A stretch of DNA of 58,326 bases from an uncultured Candidatus Saccharibacteria bacterium (GCA_963539345.1 CAUTLS010000001.1:1-58326); one strand, 5' to 3'; counted from the first letter of the stretch, positions 28,662 to 40,139 are shown. Program-made: numbers and translations. The notes: generated by a model from the sequence alone, not told the origin.

Positions 28662-29177
28662 CTACAACGCTGCTTCAACAGCTGCCCAGGTAGCGTCAGG
28701 ATTGTCCTCTGGCACGATGATGGTGACTTGGTCGCCGATGTTGATGCGGAAGAAGGTCACACTGGCGAGCAAAATGCGATACTCACGGCCATTAGCCTCG
28801 ACGTAGTAGACGCCGTCATGTTGTACCAGTGTACCGATGACTTGTTTGCGCGCTACTGGACCGATTTGCTTGTAGATGAAGCTGCCGTCGTCAGCGATGG
28901 TTAATTTCAAAATATCGCCCTCAACCAGTTTTGATTTTGAAGCGTAGTTGGCTGGAATTGGGTAATTTTTGCCGTCTGGGCCGAGCATAGTCTGACCGTC
29001 AAATACGCCCTCGACGACCTTGCCGGTTACGTCTTCAGTCGAGGTTTTTGGTGTAACAACTTGACCGTCATCACCGATGATGCTGATCAATAGCTCTTTT
29101 GCCGCCGCCAAATTGGTTTCTGCCTCTTGTATCAGTGAGCGCAGCCGCTTTACTTGTTTTTCTGGTAGTTCAGACAT
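28662..29177 (-). CDS. Conserved CPR-type hypothetical protein (OB-fold-like)
   Basis: EGVFDG, YPIPANYASKSKLVEGD, YKQIGP; downstream of rplL. Confidence 0.75.
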   Translation of the reverse strand: MSELPEKQVKRLRSLIQEAETNLAAAKELLISIIGDDGQVVTPKTSTEDVTGKVVEGVFDGQTMLGPDGKNYPIPANYASKSKLVEGDILKLTIADDGSFIYKQIGPVARKQVIGTLVQHDGVYYVEANGREYRILLASVTFFRINIGDQVTIIVPEDNPDATWAAVEAAL

Positions 29178-29406
29178 AGTGATTCTCGCATTTCCCTGTC
29201 TATTTTTGATAGTTCTCGTTCTATATATAGCATAGGAAAAAGGTTCGGTCAATGCTTACATAAGCAAGTTATTTCAGATTTCCACAGCATTTTAAGGGGT
29301 GCTTGCAAAACTGTTGCAAATTTTACCCTTGCAATCAAAATACCGCCCATGATATAGAGCGGTATAGTGATTTCGAAAACAAATTGGCGTCATGTTCAGA
29401 ATGAAA

Positions 29407-29784
29407 TTAGCTGAGCTCGACGCTAGCGCCAGCGTCTTCCAGAGTCTTCTTAGCAGCTTCAGCTTCGTCTTTTGAAACTTTTTCCTTGACTGGTGCTGGC
29501 GCGCCGTCAACGATAGCTTTAGCTTCACCCAGACCCAAGCCGGTGATTTCCTTAACAGCCTTGATGACTGCAACTTTCTGAGCACCTGCGTCCTTCAACG
29601 TAACGGTGAACTCAGTTTTTTCGTCAGCCGCAGCAGCGTCACCGCCAGCAGCTGGACCAGCAACAGCGACAGCTGCAGCAGCTGGCTCGATGCCGTATTC
29701 TTCTTTCAAGTGGTTTTTCAATTCGTTAACTTCCAGAACTGTCAATTTGGTCAGTTCTTCAGCCAATTTCTTAATATCAGCCAT
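29407..29784 (-). CDS. rplL: 50S ribosomal protein L7/L12
   Basis: [27 protein letters not shown]. Confidence 0.98.
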   Translation of the reverse strand: MADIKKLAEELTKLTVLEVNELKNHLKEEYGIEPAAAAVAVAGPAAGGDAAAADEKTEFTVTLKDAGAQKVAVIKAVKEITGLGLGEAKAIVDGAPAPVKEKVSKDEAEAAKKTLEDAGASVELS

Positions 29785-29820
29785 GATATGTCTCCTTACA
29801 TTATTGATTGATTGCTAAAC

Positions 29821-30345
29821 TTAAGCCGTAGCTTTGGCTTCGATGCCATCTAGTAAGCCGTGCAAATTGCCGCCCAGCGCGCCCACGGTGTCGTGGACTG
29901 GTGAGAGCAATTGTGCCACCACTTCGGCGACAAGCTGGTCTTTGCTTGGTAGACCTGCCAACGCCTTGATGTCAGCTTCGTTGATGCTGAGGCCTTCACC
30001 TGAGAAACCACCAGCCAACTGCAGTGCTGGATGCGTCTTTGCAAACGTGTCCAAAACTTTTGCTGGCATGACCTCGTCTTCGGCACTGATGGCGTAGACC
30101 AACTGGCCGACCAGGAGGTCGGTGTCGGTTTCTTTGTAGGTGTCGACGCCCTCTAGTGCTACGCGTACCAAGCGGTTTTTGACCACCTTGATGACCACGT
30201 TTGCCTCGCGAGCAGCCTTGCGTAGCTCTTGTAGTTCAGCCACGCTCAGCCCCTGGTACCGCGCAAATGCCGTACCTTTAGCGTCTTTCAGAAGCTCGGT
30301 TAGTTCAGCAACCAAAGTTTGTTTTTTATCGCGTGAAATTGCCAT
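29821..30345 (-). CDS. rplJ: 50S ribosomal protein L10
   Basis: YQGLSVAELQELR, VVKNRL, LPSKDQL. Confidence 0.96.
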   Translation of the reverse strand: MAISRDKKQTLVAELTELLKDAKGTAFARYQGLSVAELQELRKAAREANVVIKVVKNRLVRVALEGVDTYKETDTDLLVGQLVYAISAEDEVMPAKVLDTFAKTHPALQLAGGFSGEGLSINEADIKALAGLPSKDQLVAEVVAQLLSPVHDTVGALGGNLHGLLDGIEAKATA

Positions 30346-30408
30346 AAAAATCCTTTCTTTGATTGAGTTAATTTCATTCTTTTTGCCAATTTGTTAACGT
30401 GCGGTAAT

Positions 30409-30533
30409 GGAGAATCAAAAAGACGTCTTTGATTCTCGCACTACCAAAGACGTCAAATAAAACTGTTCGTTTCATCCCTCGGCGGCATGTTTACATCTGT
30501 TTATCAGCCAGATCGCCGCTGTCTTTGGTAATG
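30409..30533 (-). promoter_or_regulatory. L10 leader RNA with attenuator hairpin
   Basis: Minus strand CCAAAGACAGCGG...GCCGCCGAGG...GTCTTTGG, followed by the GAGAATCAAA/TTTGATTCTC hairpin, upstream of rplJ. Confidence 0.75.
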
Positions 30534-30597
30534 TTCCTCACCATTGTAGCAGAAATGACAACGAAATGCAACAGGCATATTATATCAAAACAAAGAG

Positions 30598-30700
30598 AAA
30601 GCCCGCTCCGTGGTGGAGCGGGCGGTGCGAACCTCCCTTCTCTCTCTGTATCTTATTGCCTCACCAAGGGATGCCCGTCGTGATGACGAGCATCCCTCGG
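30598..30700 (-). terminator. Two GC-rich hairpins downstream of the high-GC gene
   Basis: GCCCGCTCC/GGAGCGGGC and GGGATGCCCGTC/GACGAGCATCCC inverted repeats. Confidence 0.65.
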
Positions 30701-30707
30701 TGGTATG

Positions 30708-32195
30708 TCACTCCTTGCGCGAGGAGTGACTGTAGCTGGCCACGAGGGCCATGAGACCCAATGCTATCAGGGCTGCAGCCCCGATAGCCGCTTGCTCGCC
30801 GGCGATGCCGGTGTGCGCCAGTCCCCCACCTGGCCGCCCGTGCGGCGGCTGGGCGGGGGGCGCGACGACCTCCTGGCCCCTTGTTGGGGTCGGGGAGGCG
30901 GCCGGCGCAGTCGCCGAAGGCGTGGCCTTCGGCGTCGGCGTGGCCGACGGCGACGGGGTTGCCGTCGCGCTGGGCGACGGACTCGGTGTCGGCGTGACCG
31001 TTGCTGACGCGCTGGGCGTCGGCGACGGTTCCGGCGTTGCACTTGGCGACGGTTCCGGAGTCGGGCTCGGCTCCGGGGTCGGTGTTGTGCTCGGTGATGG
31101 CGTCGGCTCCGGTGACGGCGTCACCGACGGAGTCGGGCTCGGGGTCGGCGTCGGAGTTGACTCCGGTGTCGGCGACGGTGACGGCTCCGGCTTCAGGAGG
31201 TAGCTTGCGCCACCTCCTGATTCTGCCCTCCGCACGGTGGCGGAGGCATCCCAGGAGCGATCCTGGGATGTGATAGTCGCACTGTCTGTCCACGGACCGG
31301 GGTCCGTGGGGTCAACGTGGAGATAGAACTCCACGCGTGCCTTCTCACCCTCGTTTAGGGTGAGTTTCATCGTCAATACAGTGGAGGAGCACTCCATTGT
31401 ATTGACTGTCGTGCGATGAGTGTATAGGGGTCTACCCCATACACTCGCTTCTCTGTAAGTTCCTGCTTGCGACAGCACGGTGTTGCTGTCGCAAGAGAAA
31501 ACTTGGCCCTGAGACGTGAGTTCATCCCTCAGGATGAACTCTTGGGCGTCCGTGGTAGCGGTCGGGGTTACTAACGTAACCTCGACCAATGAGGGGTCAT
31601 TCGGGTGAACGACACCCCATTTCGAGGCTCCAGGCCCGGGCTGGCTGCAGCCCGGACACTCCCCCACGTGGATCTCAGTCCGGCGGGTTTGACCGCCGAT
31701 CTCCCACAGGAGGTCCCGGGTTTCCCCGGGAACGAGCGTGTCGTCAATGTCGACGCGCCACCAGCCATACGCCTCGAAGGCGTAATGGTTGGCCACCTCA
31801 ACGGCATCGGTCAGTGTGATACTGACCTTACCGCCTTTGTAGACGGCGTGAGCGATAATCTCGCCATTTTCGGTGGCGAGATTGATGGGGGCACCGTAAT
31901 CCCCCAGTTCCGCCGGTGGTGTGAAGGTGATGCTATCGCCTTCACAATGGCCCTCCTCAAGGGCCAATCCAAAGCCGAATTCAACCGCCTCATAGGCGGT
32001 GAATTCGGCAGAGCCGTCGACAGCGCGGATGTACTCCGCGCTGATTTCCCCTGCCGAGATCGGCCGGGGAGTGCACGACGACGTTGCCGCCGTCGTGTCG
32101 GGGCTCTCGGGGACAGCAGCTGCCACCCCCGAGAACCCGAAGACCATAGCTAGCAGCGCAAACAGCGCTGCTAGCCCACGTTTCTTCATGGGCAT
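30708..32195 (-). CDS. High-GC Ig-like sortase-anchored surface protein (LAHTG)
   Basis: AGGAG RBS, signal peptide, beta-rich domains, long P/S/T linker, LAHTG + TM + basic tail. Confidence 0.85.
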   Translation of the reverse strand: MPMKKRGLAALFALLAMVFGFSGVAAAVPESPDTTAATSSCTPRPISAGEISAEYIRAVDGSAEFTAYEAVEFGFGLALEEGHCEGDSITFTPPAELGDYGAPINLATENGEIIAHAVYKGGKVSITLTDAVEVANHYAFEAYGWWRVDIDDTLVPGETRDLLWEIGGQTRRTEIHVGECPGCSQPGPGASKWGVVHPNDPSLVEVTLVTPTATTDAQEFILRDELTSQGQVFSCDSNTVLSQAGTYREASVWGRPLYTHRTTVNTMECSSTVLTMKLTLNEGEKARVEFYLHVDPTDPGPWTDSATITSQDRSWDASATVRRAESGGGASYLLKPEPSPSPTPESTPTPTPSPTPSVTPSPEPTPSPSTTPTPEPSPTPEPSPSATPEPSPTPSASATVTPTPSPSPSATATPSPSATPTPKATPSATAPAASPTPTRGQEVVAPPAQPPHGRPGGGLAHTGIAGEQAAIGAAALIALGLMALVASYSHSSRKE

Positions 32196-32324
32196 GGGAA
32201 ATCTCCTATGATAGGGAGTTGGAATGGATACAGATGTTAAAGTACATTTCGGTTCGCGTCCAGCTGGGCTGGAACAGCGAATCAAAAATGACTCTAGCAC
32301 ATCCGTATCCCACTGGGCTTTACT

Positions 32325-32353
32325 ATTCTAGCATAAAATACAGAAAAATGCAA
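32325..32353 (-). promoter_or_regulatory. Sigma70 promoter TTGCAT-N17-TAGAAT for the surface protein gene
   Basis: Read on the minus strand; extended TGc before the -10 element. Confidence 0.55.
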
Positions 32354-32389
32354 TACTCCCACGGCTATCTCGGCGACGTCACCCCAGTA

Positions 32390-32416
32390 AAAATCCCGCC
32401 ATGATCGGCGGGATTT
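32390..32416 (-). terminator. rplA terminator
   Basis: AAATCCCGCC/GGCGGGATTT. Confidence 0.75.
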
Positions 32417-32445
32417 GATGGGTTAAACTGCGAGATTAACTATGT

Positions 32446-33417
32446 CTAGAGGTTGTTTTCAACTTTGATACCAGGACCCATGGTAGTAGTCACGGCAACA
32501 CTTTTGACGTAGGCGCCTTTGAGGCTGCTTGGTTTTTGGGCGTTTAGGCTGCTCAAAAATGCGCGGGCGTTGTCTTGTAGTTTTTCTGTACCAAACGACA
32601 CCTTACCGACGCTCAAGTGAACGATGGCTTGTTTGTCGACACGGTATTCAACCTTACCGGCTTTGGCTTCGGTGACGGCAGTCGCCACGTCTGTTGCTAC
32701 GGTGCCAGACTTTGGATTTGGCATCAAACCACGTGGACCGAGCAAGCGAGCGTATTTACCAAGTTTTGGCATGTACTGTGGCGTTGCCACCAAAATGTCA
32801 AAGTTCAGCTCTTCTTTGTCTAGCTGCTTCAAGAATTCTTCATCACCGATGATGTCGGCGCCAGCTTTTTTGGCAGCGGCGTGCTCTTCTTCTGGTGCGA
32901 ATACTGCGACGCGTACGTCTTTACCGGTACCGTGAGGCAGTGACACGGTTGAGCGAATGTTTTGGTCTGCCTGGCGTGGGTCAACACCGAGCCGAACGTG
33001 CAGTTCCACTGATGCGTCAAATTTGACCGGGCTGGTCTCGGTCGCTAGCTTCAAGGCTTCTTCTAGAGTGTAAACTTTGTCTTTCTCGATCTTTTTGGCA
33101 GCTTCTTGGTATTTTTTGCCGCGGCGCTCTAGGCGTGGTCGGGTGACTGGCTTTGGACCTTTTTTGATGTGTGCTTCAGCGTCTTCGTCTTGCGGAGTGG
33201 TGTCGCCTGCTTCTTTGCGAGCTTCCTTCTCTGCTTTAGCTTCAGCTTCGTCCAAAGCTTTTTGGCTGCGCTTGCCTGCTTTGGCGACGTGTGCTTCGCG
33301 AACTTCGTGTTTTTCAGCGCCGGCAATGGCAGCCTCGATTTCAGCGATGGTGTTTTTTTCGCTGACTTCTAGGTTTAGTTCTGCTGCTTTTTCCAGCAAT
33401 TCGGCTTTTTTGGCCAT
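32446..33417 (-). CDS. rplA: 50S ribosomal protein L1 with ~95-aa N-terminal extension
   Basis: KFDASVE, LPHGTGK, LGPRGLMPNPKSGTV, TTMGPG. Confidence 0.97.
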   Translation of the reverse strand: MAKKAELLEKAAELNLEVSEKNTIAEIEAAIAGAEKHEVREAHVAKAGKRSQKALDEAEAKAEKEARKEAGDTTPQDEDAEAHIKKGPKPVTRPRLERRGKKYQEAAKKIEKDKVYTLEEALKLATETSPVKFDASVELHVRLGVDPRQADQNIRSTVSLPHGTGKDVRVAVFAPEEEHAAAKKAGADIIGDEEFLKQLDKEELNFDILVATPQYMPKLGKYARLLGPRGLMPNPKSGTVATDVATAVTEAKAGKVEYRVDKQAIVHLSVGKVSFGTEKLQDNARAFLSSLNAQKPSSLKGAYVKSVAVTTTMGPGIKVENNL

Positions 33418-33431
33418 GAGTGATATCCTTT

Positions 33432-33478
33432 CTGTGGTGCAATCGGTGCTCGGCGTTTCCCGAATTCACCTCCCAACA
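33432..33478 (-). promoter_or_regulatory. L1-binding autoregulatory leader
   Basis: TGGGAGG...CCG...ACCACA just before the SD of rplA, resembling the Firmicutes-type L1 site. Confidence 0.65.
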
Positions 33479-33531
33479 TTGATTGTTATTCTCGCTGATT
33501 ATATCAGTTTTGGTGACTGTTTTCAATGAGG

Positions 33532-34701
33532 TTAGTGCGCCAAACGCCGAAAGGCTGTGAGGAAGGTGTTGTTCGGCACCACGAACACGTCTGCTTGTGA
33601 GTCGTCATCTATCGGGACGAGTCGTAGCCCAAATCGCCACTGTTCGTCTACTTCCTCACAGTGTAGTTCTGGCTTGGCATTGATAGTAAGGTCGTCAAAC
33701 ATCTCCTGCCATTTACCGTTGTTGTCAGTGTAGAATGTTCCGTCAATATGAAACTCACCTGGCTCAAGCATATGTTCCGTCAAAAAATTCTCATCAGCCA
33801 TGAGCTGGGCACATAGCTCTGAGGCCTCAGCTTGCATTAGTTTAGTGACGCGTTCAGCTGAAATGTTGCGTTGGCTCAGGTCAGCAGCTCTGTCCGTGAG
33901 TAGATATTCGACTGCTTCGATTGACCGACTGCGCCATTCGTCCTGAAAAGTCGCCAGGTAGTCAACTGACTGGTCGTCGTTTTCTTGTTCAGGGTAGATG
34001 AGGTCGATATCCGCCAGTTGATCAAATGGCACAATGGTCTTTGTTGCGCCGTGGGTCATTTCGATATGAAGTTTGGGTAGCAGCTTGGCTTCCCCGTCTT
34101 CTAAAACAATAGGTACAAATACAGCGAGTTTGTCAGCGATGATTGGCTCGGTTTGCTTAAATATGTCGACTATGGCTTGACAATGCTCCGAGTCGGCAAG
34201 TAGCTCATCAAACTCCGTGGTGGCTTTTTCGGTGAGTCGTTGTATGATGAGCTGCTGTTGTTCGGAGTTAAGCTTGCTGAATGATTCCCTCGATAACACT
34301 CGGTTGACTAGCCCACCAGTATCATAAATCAGCTCGGCGTAATCCGACGGCTCCTCTGGCTCTTGTTGGCGAATCTCCATGATGCGGGACAATTCCAGAC
34401 TATCGCCGTTGTCGAGCGCCAGACGCACTGTGCGTTCGCCCAGCTCTGAGCTGACTTCAAACCGTGCGACTGCCTCTGAAAATTGTTCGACGCCTAATAT
34501 AGGTTCGCCTTCGCTGTTGGGGTGAGAGGTCATGGCGGTGATATCGACTGGCTTGCTCAGTAAGTCAGGGGTGAATAGTTGATGGTTCAGGGTTGTCTGT
34601 AATGCCTCGTCTGGTACATCCAAGGTAGTGTAAGCCATGTCCATCAGACCGTCCAAATCAATTGGTCGCTTTTGGGGACTAGGAAAAAGTGCTTCACTCA
34701 T
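33532..34701 (-). CDS. Hypothetical acidic protein
   Basis: 389-aa ORF; TGGTATAAT 8 nt upstream of the ATG. Confidence 0.75.
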   Translation of the reverse strand: MSEALFPSPQKRPIDLDGLMDMAYTTLDVPDEALQTTLNHQLFTPDLLSKPVDITAMTSHPNSEGEPILGVEQFSEAVARFEVSSELGERTVRLALDNGDSLELSRIMEIRQQEPEEPSDYAELIYDTGGLVNRVLSRESFSKLNSEQQQLIIQRLTEKATTEFDELLADSEHCQAIVDIFKQTEPIIADKLAVFVPIVLEDGEAKLLPKLHIEMTHGATKTIVPFDQLADIDLIYPEQENDDQSVDYLATFQDEWRSRSIEAVEYLLTDRAADLSQRNISAERVTKLMQAEASELCAQLMADENFLTEHMLEPGEFHIDGTFYTDNNGKWQEMFDDLTINAKPELHCEEVDEQWRFGLRLVPIDDDSQADVFVVPNNTFLTAFRRLAH

Positions 34702-34805
34702 GTAAATATATTATACCAGTGAATTGCAGAAAAATCAATAGCATTGGGTGTACTTCATGGAATATTTGCGTATTTAGCAACAATATGATAGTATTTGTAA
34801 TTACT

Positions 34806-35345
34806 ATGGAACGTGAGAAGAACAGTAATTTTACACCTGGTGGGCACGATGAAGCAAATATAGGCGTTGGCGCAGCCTTTGACGACATTATGACTAGAGC
34901 GGGTCTAACTGGCGAAGATATAGCTACGGTCCCTAAGAGATGTCGAGATTGTCCAGTGCTAAAGTACAATCTCGGGGGAATAGCTTGTATGCGCCAAGAA
35001 GTACAAGAAGGCCTGAACGTAGATCCTGAACAAGTAAAACAGCGTTTACTGATGATGAGAGAGGCGGGCCATGAGGCCTTGGTGTCATTGACAGATGACC
35101 AGATAGGTCAAATGGCTACTAGTGCTACAGCCCATAAGCAAAGAGAGGTCATGGAGATATTAGACAGCTTTGACAGGCAGTCAGCTAAATTACAAGCTGG
35201 CGTAGACCGTCTTACCAGTCACTGCGCAGGGCCTCTTAAGATGCGCGGTTCACGGGATGGTAAGACGGTGACAGTAACGAGCTGTATGTCGGGTATAATA
35301 ACCCATTCAGGTGAGACAGGATTTGCTGACGTACACTACAGTTAG
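34806..35345 (+). CDS. Hypothetical protein with CxxC
   Basis: ORF starting MEREKN; CRDC plus three further Cys. Confidence 0.65.
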   Translation: MEREKNSNFTPGGHDEANIGVGAAFDDIMTRAGLTGEDIATVPKRCRDCPVLKYNLGGIACMRQEVQEGLNVDPEQVKQRLLMMREAGHEALVSLTDDQIGQMATSATAHKQREVMEILDSFDRQSAKLQAGVDRLTSHCAGPLKMRGSRDGKTVTVTSCMSGIITHSGETGFADVHYS

Positions 35346-36671
<1,326 letters not shown>

Positions 36672-36677
36672 GGCGCA

Positions 36678-37229
36678 CTAAGCGCGAATAGTGACGATGT
36701 TGCCAGCTTGCAACTTAATGATGCGTGACGCGACTGTGGACGTCACTTCCCCGCCGTCGACATAGACACTCACCATATCACCGAAGTACTTGATGGCTTC
36801 GGTGATATTATTAGCTGGTGGCATGCCAGCTGGGTTGGCGCTGGGTGCCAACAAGGGACCGGTTTGGCGGATGAGACGTGCTAAATTGCCGGTGACCAGT
36901 CGAAAAGCTAGTGTGCCGTTTTGGTGGGCGGTGTGCGGAAAATCGTTGCTGGCTGGTACAACGATGCTGGTCGGTCGCTCAGCGTTCAATTGCAAGTAGT
37001 GCTGACGTTGAGCGGCAGTTAAACCTGGGATGTCGGAGATGTCAGCGACCAGGATGATGCATGATTCGTTAGCTGGGCGGTGCTTGGCGCGGTATAGCCG
37101 CTCCATGGCGTGGCGGTTGGCAGCGGAAGCGACGATACCGTAGATGGTGTCGGTTCTGAGGACGACCAATTTGGCACTGGTAAGTGCCTCTGATACACTA
37201 GGGTCTGATATGGTGCTGGTGATGAACAT
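36678..37229 (-). CDS. tsaC: Threonylcarbamoyl-AMP synthase (TsaC/Sua5)
   Basis: TDTIYG, KHRP, APSANPAG, VDGG. Confidence 0.9.
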   Translation of the reverse strand: MFITSTISDPSVSEALTSAKLVVLRTDTIYGIVASAANRHAMERLYRAKHRPANESCIILVADISDIPGLTAAQRQHYLQLNAERPTSIVVPASNDFPHTAHQNGTLAFRLVTGNLARLIRQTGPLLAPSANPAGMPPANNITEAIKYFGDMVSVYVDGGEVTSTVASRIIKLQAGNIVTIRA

Positions 37230-37248
37230 TGAATTATTTCACTGGTGG

Positions 37249-37536
37249 TTAACCGCCAAGATTGTCGATAATAGTTTGCAAAAAGCCTCTGGGGGCTGGC
37301 GGTGGTGTTTGGTCTGGCTCTTGGGTCGATGAGGTTTGCTCAGCTGAAGGTGTTGCGGTAGGTTCGGTGTTGATGTGAATAGAATTAGCAGCGGTATCGG
37401 CCGCTTCCTTCAGTATGATCGCTGGCGGAATGAACAAAGCAGAGGTAATGGCTACTGCACCGACAACGGATGTGACGGTGTCTTTGAGCCCTCTTTCGTT
37501 CTCTGTTGATAGCTTTGCAAATTCTGCCAGATCCAT
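37249..37536 (-). CDS. Small hypothetical membrane protein
   Basis: One TM helix; Pro/Thr tail; leaderless-type promoter. Confidence 0.6.
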   Translation of the reverse strand: MDLAEFAKLSTENERGLKDTVTSVVGAVAITSALFIPPAIILKEAADTAANSIHINTEPTATPSAEQTSSTQEPDQTPPPAPRGFLQTIIDNLGG

Positions 37537-37617
37537 ACTTATATTATATCATATTTAGCCATAACATACAATTACTCCCGCCAGGGCGAGAGTAATTTGT
37601 GATTGACATGAAACTGA

Positions 37618-38043
37618 TTAGTCAGTGACTTCAACACCCATGCTGCGAGCAGTACCGGCGATGATTTTGACGGCGCCGTCTGTGTCGATGGCGTTGAGCT
37701 GGTCTTTTTTGACTTCAGCGATTTCTTCCAGTTGAGCGCGGGTGATTTTACCAACTTTGTCGGTGTGTGGCTTGCCGCTACCCTTTTGGATGCCGGCTTT
37801 TTCGCGGATCATGTCATCCACTGGCTGACCCAATGATTTCCATGCAAAAGTGCGGTCTTCGAACACTTGAATGTGCACAATGACGTCTTTGCCCATCAAA
37901 TCTTTGGTGGCGTCGTTAAATGGATTGATAAAGTCCATCATGTTTAGTCCCCACTGACCCAAGGTTGAACCAACTGGAGGCCCAGCGGTAGCGCGACCAG
38001 CTGGAATACGTAGTTTTAGATTTCCAATGACTTTCTTTGCCAT
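37618..38043 (-). CDS. rplK: 50S ribosomal protein L11
   Basis: AGRATAGPPVG, GTARSMG. Confidence 0.97.
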   Translation of the reverse strand: MAKKVIGNLKLRIPAGRATAGPPVGSTLGQWGLNMMDFINPFNDATKDLMGKDVIVHIQVFEDRTFAWKSLGQPVDDMIREKAGIQKGSGKPHTDKVGKITRAQLEEIAEVKKDQLNAIDTDGAVKIIAGTARSMGVEVTD

Positions 38044-38131
38044 GATGATAAACCCTTTCAAAATTAGTTGAAGCGTATTGAAAGTGTGCGTAACATAGGT
38101 ATTATACAAAAAAGTGTGGTATAATTCAAGC

Positions 38132-38683
38132 ATGAACGTGCGAGGCCCGCTCCCGATTAAGCGCATCATTAACGCGTTTGGTGCGGTGGGCTACACATTG
38201 CTCTTGTTTGTTTATGCGATCATCTCTTTGTCCGCTGTAGTGTGGCTGATGCGTCGCGGTAAGTTCTTTGGACTGTCAGTGAATTTGCGCACCGCAGAAC
38301 CATTGATGCAGACAGTGCCGACAGAGCCAGAACCGTTGACGGCTCAGTTGTTGAGTGCTGCGTTGGGGATTGCCACGGCGTTGGTACTGGTCATCACCCT
38401 CACCGCTCTTACCTATTGGCTAGGGCGCGGCGGTTCGCGGATGTTGAAGCGGTCAGTGCGGTTTTGTCAGTGTCCCGTTACCTTGGTGACGTTGTTGGTG
38501 GGCAAAGTGCTGGCTTGTGGCGTGGCGACAGTGCCGGTTTTGCTGGCTGGTATTTTGCAGATGGGTAATCTTTGGGTGGTGATCATTTTGTTGGGATTTA
38601 TCACCGTGGCGTTGATTATTTTTCTGCTGCAGCATTACCTGGCACACACCAGTGAAGTAGTACAGGCCAAAGACGTTTGGTAA
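38132..38683 (+). CDS. Hypothetical membrane protein
   Basis: About 4 TM segments; TGGTATAAT 6 nt upstream. Confidence 0.7.
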   Translation: MNVRGPLPIKRIINAFGAVGYTLLLFVYAIISLSAVVWLMRRGKFFGLSVNLRTAEPLMQTVPTEPEPLTAQLLSAALGIATALVLVITLTALTYWLGRGGSRMLKRSVRFCQCPVTLVTLLVGKVLACGVATVPVLLAGILQMGNLWVVIILLGFITVALIIFLLQHYLAHTSEVVQAKDVW

Positions 38684-38699
38684 TTTAGCGTGTGACGCA

Positions 38700-39536
38700 T
38701 TATTTTTTGCGTGAGAAAAAGTGCGTGACTGCGTTGCCAATAATGATGCCGCCTGCCACGCCGCCAGTGATAGCCAAGCCTTTAATCACCTCTTTGCCAA
38801 TCTCTGAGAACATCAACATGTGAGCTATTTTGGGATCTTTGATTTCAAGGCTGGTTGGGATTTCAGATGGAGGAGTGTCGTCCTCTGGCGTCTGTGCCTC
38901 TTTTGATACGGTAGGTATGCTGTCGTATGTGGAATTTATCATATTGGCCTGGTGTTGCCCCAGGGATATTGCAAAATTGGCAGCAAAATAAGCAGGTATA
39001 CGTGAGGGGTCTTCTTCGCACTCTTCTACGGACTCCTCGTATAGTTGGTTTACATGTAGTTTAGCTTGTGCTGGTATGTCTGCCTGCTTTTCTGGAATAC
39101 TGTCTGGAGCGATGGCATGTGCTGCAGCCATAACCGCCTGTCTATCGCTTTCCATCAGATCGGCAAACCAAGCGAGCAAAGATTCCTTGTGCTTTGGTGT
39201 TGTCGGTAAGTCTTGTAAATAATGAGTGGCGAGTTCTCGTAATGCTGGGAGATACTGCATATTTAATAAGGTGCTGGACTTATTTAAGACACGCTGTTGC
39301 TCATCAATAGTCTGGTTGGCAGATAGTTTTCCAAAGGTTGTGATTAAACTATTTATGGCGACTAGATGTTTACGGGAGGCATCTGCTAACTCATTGCCAT
39401 CAGGCTCACCCAGTGCTTCTAACCATTCTTCTGAGATTTTGGCGGCTTCCTGGGTGGTGTCGTCACTGGGCTGTATGACCTTCTCGTTCTTGTCGGAGTT
39501 ATCATCACTGGGTTGTGGCATTTCTAGTGTACTCAT
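38700..39536 (-). CDS. Hypothetical protein with C-terminal Gly-rich TM helix
   Basis: GAGAGG RBS; acidic helical body; GLAITGGVAGGIIIG. Confidence 0.7.
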   Translation of the reverse strand: MSTLEMPQPSDDNSDKNEKVIQPSDDTTQEAAKISEEWLEALGEPDGNELADASRKHLVAINSLITTFGKLSANQTIDEQQRVLNKSSTLLNMQYLPALRELATHYLQDLPTTPKHKESLLAWFADLMESDRQAVMAAAHAIAPDSIPEKQADIPAQAKLHVNQLYEESVEECEEDPSRIPAYFAANFAISLGQHQANMINSTYDSIPTVSKEAQTPEDDTPPSEIPTSLEIKDPKIAHMLMFSEIGKEVIKGLAITGGVAGGIIIGNAVTHFFSRKK

Positions 39537-39593
39537 GGTAAAACCTCTCCACCCTTTTGATAATATATAAATTGGACTGTTTGGTCCTGCGTG

Positions 39594-40139
39594 TTAGACT
39601 TTTTTCACCTGCAGGGCGTCAAGCTCGACTGGAGTGTCGCGTCCAAACATGCTGACCATGACGCGGATCTTGCCTTTGATTGGGTCGATTTCGGCGATCG
39701 CACCGTCAAAGCCTTTGAACGGACCATCGGTGATGGAAACAACTTCACCCTCTGAGAAATCAATCTGGTGCTTTGGCTCTTCGACACCCATGCGCTTTTT
39801 GATTTTGGCAATTTCTTTGTCAGAAACTGGTGTTGGCGTGGTGTCTGCGCCGACAAACCCAGTTACACCAGGCGTGTTGCGGATGATGTACCACGTTTCG
39901 TCGGTTAGGTTCATCTCTACCAAAACGTAGCCTTGGAATATCTTGGCTTCAACGACTTTGCGTTTGCCGTTTTTGATTTGGATTTGTTTTTCTTTGGGGA
40001 CCATGACGTCGAAAATTTTGTCTGCCATGTCAACACCGTTGATGCGCTGACGAATGGATTCTGCTACTTTTTCTTCGTAGCCAGAATAGGTGTGAATAGC
40101 GTACCACTGACGGGTTGAGTCGTAACGATTATTTGCCAT
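39594..40139 (-). CDS. nusG: Transcription factor NusG
   Basis: WYAIHTYSGYE, GVTGFVG, DGPFKGF, MFGRDTPVEL. Confidence 0.98.
   Translation of the reverse strand: MANNRYDSTRQWYAIHTYSGYEEKVAESIRQRINGVDMADKIFDVMVPKEKQIQIKNGKRKVVEAKIFQGYVLVEMNLTDETWYIIRNTPGVTGFVGADTTPTPVSDKEIAKIKKRMGVEEPKHQIDFSEGEVVSITDGPFKGFDGAIAEIDPIKGKIRVMVSMFGRDTPVELDALQVKKV

Noticed and set aside
28662..29252. Calling this ORF a second L7/L12
   Set aside because: No similarity to the adjacent true rplL
29276..29288. DnaA-box-like TTTCCACA as a replication origin
   Set aside because: Single imperfect box with no cluster and no dnaA nearby
30661..31293. Several long overlapping alternative-frame ORFs
   Set aside because: Shadow ORFs of the GC-rich Pro/Ser/Thr linker
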